A stretch of DNA of 24,214 nucleotides from a virus (taxonomy: Duplodnaviria; Caudoviricetes): positions 1-24,214 of IMG/VR virus record IMGVR_UViG_3300030372_003039; one strand, written 5' to 3'. How positions within the stretch are numbered: the first letter of the stretch is position 1; every line of letters starts with the position of its first letter. This document shows positions 1 to 6,868 of the stretch, one piece after another. A program made the position numbers and the translations under genes. The notes beneath the pieces were generated by a model. The model worked only from the letters and a program-made list of their open reading frames with translations, did no database searches and was not told the origin of the DNA.

Positions 1-120
1 ACTGAAATGAAAATACAATTTAAAGATTTGTACAACCGTATCAAGCGCTTAGAAGCTATTATGATAGGTATTAGCGGTGCAAGCTTATTGCTTTTGTTAC
101 GGATGACATTTTTAGGGTAA
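1..120 (+). CDS. 5'-truncated small membrane protein (coiled coil + C-terminal TM helix; holin/XhlA-like)
   Basis: Frame 1 is open from base 1: TEMKIQFKDLYNRIKRLEAIMIGISGASLLLLLRMTFLG*; stop at 118-120, just before the next ATG at 124. Confidence 0.65.
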   Translation, partial: TEMKIQFKDLYNRIKRLEAIMIGISGASLLLLLRMTFLG

Positions 121-123
121 AAA

Positions 124-600
124 ATGGACCCCGTTAGCTGCGTAGCTTTAGCCACAGGCGCATTTAAAGCTCTAAAGGGTGCAGTCGCAGCAGGGCGTGA
201 TTTTCAAGATATGACTAGCCAATTGTCTACTTGGGGCAAAGCTTTCAGTGATTTTAACGAAATAGAAAAGCGAGAAAAAGACCCACCATTTTGGAAAAAG
301 ACGTTCAAAGGTTCTGATGAAGAGACAGCGATTGAGATTTTTGCCAATAAGAAAAAGATGGAGCAAATGAGAAATGAAATTAAAGACCACATTAGTTGGA
401 CGTATGGACCGTCGGCATGGAAAGAGGTCTTGGCGATAGAGGCACAAATGCGTAAGCAACGCAAAGATGAACTTTATCGTAAACAAGAACAGATAGACAA
501 TCTTATTAACTTTGCTATTGGCGCAGTTATTTTTGTTTTAAGCGGCGGTATTTTGTTTATCGCTTTTTATTTTTTAGGCAAGTGGCAAGGGAGATGGTGA
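124..600 (+). CDS. Phage hypothetical protein with C-terminal TM helix (lysis region)
   Basis: 158-aa ORF with helical body and hydrophobic LINFAIGAVIFVLSGGILFIAFYFLG; tightly packed with neighbours. Confidence 0.8.
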   Translation: MDPVSCVALATGAFKALKGAVAAGRDFQDMTSQLSTWGKAFSDFNEIEKREKDPPFWKKTFKGSDEETAIEIFANKKKMEQMRNEIKDHISWTYGPSAWKEVLAIEAQMRKQRKDELYRKQEQIDNLINFAIGAVIFVLSGGILFIAFYFLGKWQGRW

Positions 601-680
601 TGAAATTAGTATTAGGTATTTTGTTTCTAATGTTTGTAGCGGCGTTTCCGTTTCTTTATATGCTTGTAGCGAGTATTTAA
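600..680 (+). CDS. 26-aa single-TM microprotein
   Basis: MKLVLGILFLMFVAAFPFLYMLVASI*; TGATG overlap with upstream stop, GGGAG upstream; not in ORF track. Confidence 0.55.
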   Translation: MKLVLGILFLMFVAAFPFLYMLVASI

Positions 681-842
681 ATGTGGGTTTTACTTTGGTT
701 ACAGGTTATAAGCGGTAACTTTGACCACTATCACGTGGGAAGTTATTCTAGCGAAGAAGCCTGCAAAATGGCTCAAAAAGAAGCTAAAGTATTGGTAACT
801 AACCAAAATTCTAAAGTTGTCTGTATAAAAATAGAACGGTGA
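681..842 (+). CDS. 53-aa hypothetical protein with hydrophobic N-terminus and two Cys
   Basis: MWVLLWLQVISGNFDHYHVGSYSSEEACKMAQKEAKVLVTNQNSKVVCIKIER*; abuts upstream stop. Confidence 0.65.
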   Translation: MWVLLWLQVISGNFDHYHVGSYSSEEACKMAQKEAKVLVTNQNSKVVCIKIER

Positions 843-952
843 TACTTAAAGAGTGGCGTGCAAAATACATAATATATGACAAACAAGGATTTGTTGTTAT
901 AATTACCCGAGATAAACGGGTTGCTATGGCATACGCGAGGTCAAAGAAATGA
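839..952 (+). CDS. 37-aa hypothetical protein
   Basis: GTGA overlap at start and ATGA overlap at end; (M)ILKEWRAKYIIYDKQGFVVIITRDKRVAMAYARSKK*. Confidence 0.55.
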   Translation: MILKEWRAKYIIYDKQGFVVIITRDKRVAMAYARSKK

Positions 953-1296
953 CGGAGTTTGATAAGGCTGATACCAATAACAATGGCGTTATAGAACGTG
1001 CTGAATGGAATAAACTCGCTCTTGAAGACCGTAGACTTGAAATGGTTGACCGAGACTTGAAGCGTAATGCAGAGCGCAGGTTTACAGGTTTTGCTTTAAT
1101 GGGTATGCTAATCTATCCGTTTATTATCTTGCTGGCTTCAGTGCTAGGTTTTGACAAGGCTGCAAGCTTAATAACAGATATTGCTAGTGTTTATGTGATT
1201 GCAGCAAGCGGTGTAGTTGCTGCGTTCATGGGCTTCAATGCCTACAGCGCAAAAGCTGATAGCAAGAAAGCTAGTATAAAAATGGAGGATGAATAA
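949..1296 (+). CDS. EF-hand-containing 2-TM membrane protein (holin/antiholin-like)
   Basis: N-terminal DTNNNGVIERAE fits the 12-residue EF-hand loop; two hydrophobic segments; lies in the lysis cassette. Confidence 0.7.
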   Translation: MTEFDKADTNNNGVIERAEWNKLALEDRRLEMVDRDLKRNAERRFTGFALMGMLIYPFIILLASVLGFDKAASLITDIASVYVIAASGVVAAFMGFNAYSAKADSKKASIKMEDE

Positions 1297-1682
1297 TGCT
1301 ACAGTCATTAATAGGTCCAATTACTGAGTTGGCTGGCGGTTGGCTAAAAGGAAAAGCAGATGCACAAGCGGCAAACGCTAATCTTAAGCTCGTTGAGGCT
1401 GAGGCCAAAGCTACCATTATGAAGTCTGCTGCTACATCAGAGGCTGAATGGGAAAAGCTGATGGCGCAAGGCACGATGAACTCGTGGAAAGACGAGTATC
1501 TCGTAATTCTTTTCAGCATACCATTAATTCTTGTGTTTACTGGTGAATGGGGCCGTACAGTCGTTGCAGAGGGGTTCACAGCGCTGGAACAGATGCCAGA
1601 GTGGTATCAGTATACTTTAGGTGTAATTGTAGCCAGTAGCTTTGCTGTGCGCTCTGCTACAAAATTCTTTGGGAAAAAATAA
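1296..1682 (+). CDS. Putative holin (GTA 3TM holin-like)
   Basis: SWKDEYLVILFSIPLIL and MPEWYQYTLGVIVASSFAVR motifs, basic C-tail KFFGKK, upstream of endolysin; SD GGAGG. Confidence 0.7.
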   Translation: MLQSLIGPITELAGGWLKGKADAQAANANLKLVEAEAKATIMKSAATSEAEWEKLMAQGTMNSWKDEYLVILFSIPLILVFTGEWGRTVVAEGFTALEQMPEWYQYTLGVIVASSFAVRSATKFFGKK

Positions 1683-1948
1683 TGAGCGATCTAAAAGTAC
1701 CTTTGGCGCTGGTTATAGCAATGATTGCACAGATTGTAGCTGGTGTGTGGTGGGTGTCAGATCAAGCACACAGGATTGAGCATCTGGAAGCGCAGGTGAA
1801 AGAAAACAGCGAATGGGTTGACCAGCTATATGCAGATACTGACAAGCTTATATCATTTGCTACGTTTACAGAAAATCGCTGGGCTGCAGCTTATGAAGAA
1901 TTTGGTTATACACGACAGTGGGGAATGAAACCTGTGGAGAATGAGTAA
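1682..1948 (+). CDS. Membrane-anchored coiled-coil protein (lysis region)
   Basis: N-terminal TM (VPLALVIAMIAQIVAGVWWV) followed by heptad-like RIEHLEAQVKEN; TAATG coupling. Confidence 0.7.
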   Translation: MSDLKVPLALVIAMIAQIVAGVWWVSDQAHRIEHLEAQVKENSEWVDQLYADTDKLISFATFTENRWAAAYEEFGYTRQWGMKPVENE

Positions 1949-2061
1949 TGATAAATAAAAGAAAAAAAGCAACTGTAAAGAACATAATTAAAGGTTTAAG
2001 CAAAGCCTCAAAAACTCATGCCAATCAAGCAAAGAAGCTTAAAAAGGTTTTGAAAAGATAA
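1948..2061 (+). CDS. 37-aa highly basic microprotein
   Basis: MINKRKKATVKNIIKGLSKASKTHANQAKKLKKVLKR*; TAATG coupling, fills the gap before the endolysin. Confidence 0.6.
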   Translation: MINKRKKATVKNIIKGLSKASKTHANQAKKLKKVLKR

Positions 2062-2073
2062 AGGTTTAATTTA

Positions 2074-2688
2074 ATGAGTGAAGCGCTAAAAGTATTGCAA
2101 GACAAGTGTGGCTGCACGCCAGATGGATCGTTTGGCCCCAATACGGCTAAAGGTATTGTAAAGCATTATGATCTATCGCCAGAGGAAGGGGCGCACTTGC
2201 TTGGTCAAGTTGTGCATGAAAGCGGTTCGTTCAAGTATGTCAAAGAGAATCTAAATTACTCAGTAGAAGCGATGATGAAAGTCTGGCCTAGTCGCTTTCC
2301 TGATGAAGAAAGTGCAGAGCCGTATGCACGTAATCCCAAAGCATTAGCTGAAAAGGTTTATGTTGGCAGAATGGGCAATGAAACACCCAGTATGGCTAGC
2401 TTATATATTGGACGCGGATTTTTACAATTAACTGGATATAATAATACCAAAGCATTTGCTGCAGATATGGGTAAGCCAGAGGTTATCAATGACCCATCCT
2501 TGCTAGAGAAAGAATATGCTTTCGATACCGCTATATGGTTCTTCAATAGCAATGGCTTGTTTAAGCTTGCTAGAGAGGGCGTAACCGACGAGGTGATTAA
2601 GAAGATTACCAAGCGAGTGAATGGTGGCTACACTGGCTTGGATCATCGGAACAAAGAGACTAAAAAAATCTATCAATGGCTTAGCTAA
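2074..2688 (+). CDS. Endolysin, glycoside hydrolase family 19 with short N-terminal PG-binding-like motif
   Basis: AHLLGQVVHESG, ENLNYS, YIGRGFLQLTGYNN and ITKRVNGGYTGLDHR are GH19 hallmarks; DGSFGPNT resembles the PG_binding_1 signature. Confidence 0.92.
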   Translation: MSEALKVLQDKCGCTPDGSFGPNTAKGIVKHYDLSPEEGAHLLGQVVHESGSFKYVKENLNYSVEAMMKVWPSRFPDEESAEPYARNPKALAEKVYVGRMGNETPSMASLYIGRGFLQLTGYNNTKAFAADMGKPEVINDPSLLEKEYAFDTAIWFFNSNGLFKLAREGVTDEVIKKITKRVNGGYTGLDHRNKETKKIYQWLS

Positions 2689-2897
2689 GGTCTAGGCATA
2701 GGCTTCAAAAGCTCATTAGAGGGCGTGGGAGTGCCTTTACAGTGAATAAGCACATTGTCATAGTGATTTTCCATTATGTCAAACATAGCTTCTTTAGAAT
2801 AGCTACAGGCGTCATAGCTGGGAAACAATATGTTATACGTTAGTGGCTCACCTTGCACGAAATAGGTTAGCACCATGAATGTGTAGTATTTAATCAT
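2685..2897 (-). CDS. Hypothetical protein (hydrophobic N-terminus, two Cys)
   Basis: 70-aa ORF with strong SD GAGGAG; convergent with endolysin. Confidence 0.7.
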   Translation of the reverse strand: MIKYYTFMVLTYFVQGEPLTYNILFPSYDACSYSKEAMFDIMENHYDNVLIHCKGTPTPSNELLKPMPRP

Positions 2898-2932
2898 TGT
2901 AATCTCCTCATTGGTTTATTAATATTCTTTCG

Positions 2933-2991
2933 GGGCAGTAAAGCTAGCGTATGCAAGCTACTCAATCCTATATTGTAAAACCTTACTGCCC
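2933..2991. ncRNA. Candidate structured RNA (closing stem + two inner hairpins)
   Basis: GGGCAGTAA(2933-2941)/TTACTGCCC(2983-2991) inverted repeat enclosing TAGC-GTATGCAA-GCTA and CAAT-CCTAT-ATTG; intergenic. Confidence 0.4.
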
Positions 2992-2996
2992 TACGA

Positions 2997-3602
2997 TTAA
3001 TCTGAAAATAACTCTCGGCCTTTATCTGTTATAAAGAATTTACGATCAAAAAGACTTACTTTTTGTTTCATAAAACCTTTTGCATAAAGTCTATGCCGCA
3101 TTTTTCTTAAAGCTTTTTCATATATATCTGCAACTCTCGTACCCGAAATTCCCATATCTTTAGCTATATCTTTAAAACCATCACCATCAATCTGATGCAT
3201 TTTGATAACTTTTAGCTCTCTTGGCGTAAGACCTGATATAGCAACCTTAACGACATCAAGTTGTTCCAGCGCTTTTGCTGGATTGTTGTCAGACATGATT
3301 TGCTTAACCTCATCTAAGCTTGCCTCAAAAGACGCTGTAGATTTTTTGAGCTTTATATCTCTCATATGATTAGGCCAAAGCTGCTCCATGTCTTTTCCCA
3401 AATATGCAGCAATATCAAATGCAAGCTGCGTCCAACCTTTTTTGCCGTAAGGCTTAGTTTTCATTCCAACTAGGCTACCTATATGACTTGGATTCCTACC
3501 AATTTCTCTAGCAAATTCTGCAACGCTATTATGCTTACTTAAAATAGCTTTTAGCAAACGTGCGTTTCTTACCGTTACTTTTACATCTAAATCTTTAGCC
3601 AT
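2997..3602 (-). CDS. Transcription regulator: N-terminal Cro/XRE-like HTH + C-terminal sigma70 region-4-like HTH
   Basis: SVAEFAREIGRNPSHIGSLV (HTH) and LTPRELKVIKMH...FKDIAKDMGISGTRVADIYEKALRKMRH (sigma70_r4 pattern). Confidence 0.75.
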   Translation of the reverse strand: MAKDLDVKVTVRNARLLKAILSKHNSVAEFAREIGRNPSHIGSLVGMKTKPYGKKGWTQLAFDIAAYLGKDMEQLWPNHMRDIKLKKSTASFEASLDEVKQIMSDNNPAKALEQLDVVKVAISGLTPRELKVIKMHQIDGDGFKDIAKDMGISGTRVADIYEKALRKMRHRLYAKGFMKQKVSLFDRKFFITDKGRELFSD

Positions 3603-3604
3603 GC

Positions 3605-3781
3605 TTAATCCTTTGCCGCAAAAAAAGATGGCGTTCTTTGAAGATTTCGTGTTTCTCTCCTATCTTCTCGCTCCTCTTTTCGCAGATTCTCCCACTTAAT
3701 TTTATACATTTCTTCATATAATATTCTGCGTCTTTCGGGTTTGTCTGCACTGAATAAATCACTTATTATCTGATTGTTCAC
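3605..3781 (-). CDS. 58-aa hypothetical charged protein
   Basis: GTG start after GAGGAG; (M)NNQIISDLFSADKPERRRILYEEMYKIKWENLRKEEREDRRETRNLQRTPSFFAAKD*; ends 2 bp before the next start. Confidence 0.5.
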   Translation of the reverse strand: MNNQIISDLFSADKPERRRILYEEMYKIKWENLRKEEREDRRETRNLQRTPSFFAAKD

Positions 3782-3959
3782 TTATCCCTAACTCCTCTTT
3801 AATCTTATACAACAATAACATCATTTCATCTGTGTCATGCTTTCTATGATTGTTCTGCGAAAGAAAGTCGGCACGCATTACATCTATCTTACGCTCAAGT
3901 CGCTTCATCAATGTATATAGATGCATCAAATTCGTCTTTTTTAATATTCTTTCATCCAT
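3759..3959 (-). CDS. Hypothetical protein
   Basis: 66-aa ORF, SD AGGAG, within leftward operon. Confidence 0.65.
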   Translation of the reverse strand: MDERILKKTNLMHLYTLMKRLERKIDVMRADFLSQNNHRKHDTDEMMLLLYKIKEELGISEQSDNK

Positions 3960-4038
3960 ACAATGCCACTCCTATCCAAGCTAGAACCACCACGCCAGTT
4001 AGCAGCGCTATGGCTATGGTCTGCAGTTTAGCTTTCAT
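3952..4038 (-). CDS. 28-aa single-TM microprotein
   Basis: MKAKLQTIAIALLTGVVVLAWIGVALYG*; SD AGGAG upstream. Confidence 0.55.
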   Translation of the reverse strand: MKAKLQTIAIALLTGVVVLAWIGVALYG

Positions 4039-4177
4039 CTTCTACTCCTGTTCCTTCGCAAGCTTCACACGTTTGCTTGTCTGTATCTAAATAACCGACA
4101 TCACGGTTAAACCCGTGAGGCTTGGCTACCTCTACAGTAACCTCACCCCAGCCACCACATTCTTTGCAGTAGTTCAT
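4028..4177 (-). CDS. 49-aa DnaJ-type zinc-finger microprotein
   Basis: MNYCKECGGWG...CEACEGTG: two CxxCxGxG motifs; SD-like AAGG upstream, ATG overlaps upstream stop. Confidence 0.7.
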   Translation of the reverse strand: MNYCKECGGWGEVTVEVAKPHGFNRDVGYLDTDKQTCEACEGTGVEDES

Positions 4178-4362
4178 TTACTTACCTTAAAATTCTTGAC
4201 CACATCATCAACCAGCAAATTCATGTGATCTATGCTTTGGCAAATCGCCTCTATGTCACTAAGCCGTACACTGGCTTGGCGAGTGACCGCTTTGAGTCGC
4301 GCTTCCTCTGCAAGATATGCAGCGCTCTCGTAGGCTATTTTATATTCGTCAATTTTTTTCAT
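4174..4362 (-). CDS. Hypothetical protein (start re-assigned to MKKIDEY...)
   Basis: AAGGATAAACCA-ATG gives an SD plus the shared start motif; the longer ORF would overlap the promoter. Confidence 0.7.
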   Translation of the reverse strand: MKKIDEYKIAYESAAYLAEEARLKAVTRQASVRLSDIEAICQSIDHMNLLVDDVVKNFKVSK

Positions 4363-4382
4363 TGGTTTATCCTTTTTATGTG

Positions 4383-4423
4383 TTGACACATATCAATATG
4401 ACTGATAGACCATATCATGTCAA
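4383..4423. promoter_or_regulatory. Overlapping divergent sigma70 promoters with repeated candidate operator
   Basis: + strand TTGACA(4383)-N17-TAGACC with TG extension; - strand TTGACA(4423)-N17-CATATT; CATATCA repeated at 4389 and 4411. Confidence 0.65.
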
Positions 4424-4451
4424 TATAAAAATGCTACAAAGGAAAAATAAA

Positions 4452-4598
4452 ATGCAAAACGAAATCACATACTACGGATTTGAAATCTGGAAAGATTGGG
4501 ATGATAAATGGAAAGTCGCAATCTTAGGTTGGGAGTGGGAGTTTAGCACCTTAGAAGAAGCAAAAAAATTAGTAAAAGAGAACTGGAGAAGGGGGTAG
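4452..4598 (+). CDS. 48-aa Trp-rich hypothetical protein
   Basis: MQNEITYYGFEIWKDWDDKWKVAILGWEWEFSTLEEAKKLVKENWRRG*; SD AAGGA; first gene after rightward promoter. Confidence 0.6.
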   Translation: MQNEITYYGFEIWKDWDDKWKVAILGWEWEFSTLEEAKKLVKENWRRG

Positions 4599-4641
4599 CC
4601 CCTTCCTGGCTCGTAAGCCATTGATTTTAAAGGAGAAAATT

Positions 4642-4815
4642 ATGCAAAAGATAGAAACAAAGCAAGTGCTCTTACGACTGCGAGATGATGTAAACGCAGG
4701 CATGGATGCACTAAAAGCAAGAAATCGCATGAGCAAATCAGTGATAGCTGAGAACGCAATCAGAGAATACTTGGCAAAGCATGATATAAATTTGACAGAA
4801 CCAAAGGCCGACTAA
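4642..4815 (+). CDS. Ribbon-helix-helix (CopG/Arc-like) regulator
   Basis: TKQVLLRL beta-strand, then helices DDVNAGMDALKARN and SKSVIAENAIREYL; SD AAGGAG supports ATG 4642. Confidence 0.75.
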   Translation: MQKIETKQVLLRLRDDVNAGMDALKARNRMSKSVIAENAIREYLAKHDINLTEPKAD

Positions 4816-5234
4816 TGGTAAATGGGCGTAATAAAGGGGCTTCTTTTGAATTACAACTAGCCAGAGAGTTACAACTAGAGCTAGGCATATCTTTCAAAAG
4901 AGACTTAGAGCAGTATCGGGCAAGTGAGCATGGTGATCTTATACCCAGCAATGATAACTTCCCATTTTTAATAGAAGCAAAGCGGTATAGCAAAGGCGCA
5001 GTCGGTGGTTCTGCAGCTTGGTGGGATCAAGCAGTAGCCGCAGCTAAACGCGCTGGTAAACTGCCATGCCTAGTATACAAGTATGACCGAAAGCCTGTCA
5101 GGTTTGTGATAGATGTGCTTGCAGCTTATCAGTCTGGCTATGAGTTTAAAACAGAACCGCCCGAACATGGTAGGTTAGAAATGGACCTACACACGTTTTG
5201 CTGGATTGCAAGGGAGTTGATGAATGAACACTAG
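4815..5234 (+). CDS. Holliday junction resolvase, Hjc-like PD-(D/E)XK nuclease
   Basis: GRNKGASFE...GDL...FLIEAKR motif pattern; WWDQA...KLPCLVYK. Confidence 0.8.
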   Translation: MVNGRNKGASFELQLARELQLELGISFKRDLEQYRASEHGDLIPSNDNFPFLIEAKRYSKGAVGGSAAWWDQAVAAAKRAGKLPCLVYKYDRKPVRFVIDVLAAYQSGYEFKTEPPEHGRLEMDLHTFCWIARELMNEH

Positions 5235-6066
5235 AGTTGACCTAGAGATGAGCAATGAGGATTACCACGACAAGTCTCAGCACCCACATATTAGCTCAAG
5301 CGATATAAAAGAAATTGCTGCAACAAGTGTTTTGCATTGGGCAATCAAACAAGATAAGCCACGCAAGGAAACACCTGCAATGCGTATGGGGTCTATGCTG
5401 CACAGCATGATACTAGAGCCGCATAAAAAAGAATACGTGCGTGGATTACCAAACAGGCTAAAGCGTAAAGAATGGGCTGCAATGGAAGAAAAAGCAGCGA
5501 AACAAGGTAAGATATTGGTCACGGAGGGCGAGTATGATGAGGCACAAGAGCTTGCTGCAATTGCGCTAGATACATGCAAATTATTGCGCGAATCGGTCAA
5601 GAAAGAAAACTTTGTTGCTGAAGCAAGCGTCTTTACTTATTTAGATGACCTTAACCTTGCTGTAAAGTGCCGCCCAGATGGATTGCTTATGCCAACAAAA
5701 GAAGGTGAGCAAGGCATCATATTAGACATAAAGAAAACCAAAGCTACTACGCCGCTAGAGTGGGAGAAAGAGGTAGTTCGGTATCATTATGATTTACAAG
5801 CGTGTTGGTATTTAATGACAATGCGACAGGCCGAAATGCCTTGCAACAAGTTTTATTTTATAGCTGTTAACGGCGATACTGGCGTATCTACAGTACACGA
5901 ATTATCAGAATTGTATCTGAAATATGCAGAAAAACGCATGTATCAGGCAATGCATAAACTTGTCGATGCACAAAGCACAGGCAAGTTTGACACAGGGTGG
6001 GATGATGTTAATGTTATCCACCTGCCAGCCTTTCTCGAAGATGAGCTAGGCGAAGAACCATTTTAA
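5224..6066 (+). CDS. PD-(D/E)XK exonuclease (RecE/ExoVIII C-terminal, DUF3799-like)
   Basis: MSNEDYH, ISSSDIK, TPAMRMGSMLHSMILEP, KCRPDGL, ILDIKKT, YHYDLQACWY. Confidence 0.85.
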   Translation: MNTRVDLEMSNEDYHDKSQHPHISSSDIKEIAATSVLHWAIKQDKPRKETPAMRMGSMLHSMILEPHKKEYVRGLPNRLKRKEWAAMEEKAAKQGKILVTEGEYDEAQELAAIALDTCKLLRESVKKENFVAEASVFTYLDDLNLAVKCRPDGLLMPTKEGEQGIILDIKKTKATTPLEWEKEVVRYHYDLQACWYLMTMRQAEMPCNKFYFIAVNGDTGVSTVHELSELYLKYAEKRMYQAMHKLVDAQSTGKFDTGWDDVNVIHLPAFLEDELGEEPF

Positions 6067-6081
6067 CTTAGGAGTAAACCA

Positions 6082-6741
6082 ATGAAGATATTAGACAACG
6101 GTGATGTAGTATTTAGCAATGTTAAAGCACTATATCCAAAGCTAAACAGAACGTACCACTTTAGCTCAGAGCAGGGCAAAAGCGTGCCTTGTGATGCATT
6201 AGCTGATGGGGCTGCATATACAATAGACTTTGAGCTTGATAAAAAAACCTGCATAGATTTTGATAAGGAATGCACAAGAGTCTACAAAGAAGCAGCAGAT
6301 GCAGACAAAAAGAAAAAGTGGAAAGCTGATCCGACTTACTTGCCCTATAAAGACACAGGTGAAAGCTTCACAGGTAAGGCAAAGCTAAAAGGAGCTTACT
6401 CAGGTGAGACCACAAGGCCACCAGTGCAGAAAGATGCAGAGAGAAATAGCTTGCCTGCTAACTTTGAGCTTACCACGGGCAGTACGGTAAATGTCTGGGG
6501 AAAACTTTTTGCCTACAATACAGGTGCGGTATCTGGCGTTAGCTTTCGCTTAAAAGGTGTACAGGTGCTTGAGCTTGCAGAGCAAGGCGAAGTAGATGAT
6601 CCATTTGCTGCAACAAAAGGATTTAGCGCCAGTAATGCACCAAAAACTAGCGAACTAGCTGCTGATTCAACAGGTAGCTTGCTAGATGGTAAAGATGACC
6701 AGCAAGATGCAAATGATATGGATGACGAAATTCCATTTTAG
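6082..6741 (+). CDS. ssb: Single-stranded DNA-binding protein (T7 gp2.5-like)
   Basis: ALYPKL, GSTVNV, GVSFRLKGVQVLEL motifs and acidic tail DMDDEIPF; lies between exonuclease and primase. Confidence 0.8.
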   Translation: MKILDNGDVVFSNVKALYPKLNRTYHFSSEQGKSVPCDALADGAAYTIDFELDKKTCIDFDKECTRVYKEAADADKKKKWKADPTYLPYKDTGESFTGKAKLKGAYSGETTRPPVQKDAERNSLPANFELTTGSTVNVWGKLFAYNTGAVSGVSFRLKGVQVLELAEQGEVDDPFAATKGFSASNAPKTSELAADSTGSLLDGKDDQQDANDMDDEIPF

Positions 6742-6748
6742 GACTATG

Positions 6749-6788
6749 AAAAAAAATGCCCCAAGCGGAGCAGTTACACGCTTGGGGC
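6749..6788 (-). terminator. Rho-independent terminator on minus strand
   Basis: Perfect 10-bp stem GCCCCAAGCG(6758-6767)/CGCTTGGGGC(6779-6788), followed on the minus strand by A and 8 T. Confidence 0.75.
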
Positions 6789-6833
6789 GAGGTATAAACC
6801 CTTGGTAAACCAATGACATAAAACCGAAGGATT
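6749..6833 (-). ncRNA. Candidate ~85-nt antisense sRNA carrying UGUCAUUGGUUU seed
   Basis: Bounded by a predicted promoter (6840-6868) and intrinsic terminator; no credible ORF; seed is complementary to the AAACCAAUG start motif. Confidence 0.6.
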
Positions 6834-6839
6834 GATGAA

Positions 6840-6868
6840 ATGCTACAAGATAATGGGGCAAATAGCAA
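6840..6868 (-). promoter_or_regulatory. Predicted antisense sigma70 promoter inside the primase 5' end
   Basis: Minus strand TTGCTA(6868-6863)-N17-TAGCAT(6845-6840). Confidence 0.5.

Noticed and set aside
1682-1948. Spanin pair
   Set aside because: Topology fits an i-spanin, but I found no lipobox-bearing o-spanin, so the call is not supported
5224-6066. Cas4/CRISPR association of the PD-(D/E)XK nuclease
   Set aside because: No Cas4 Fe-S cysteine pattern; context is a recombination/replication module
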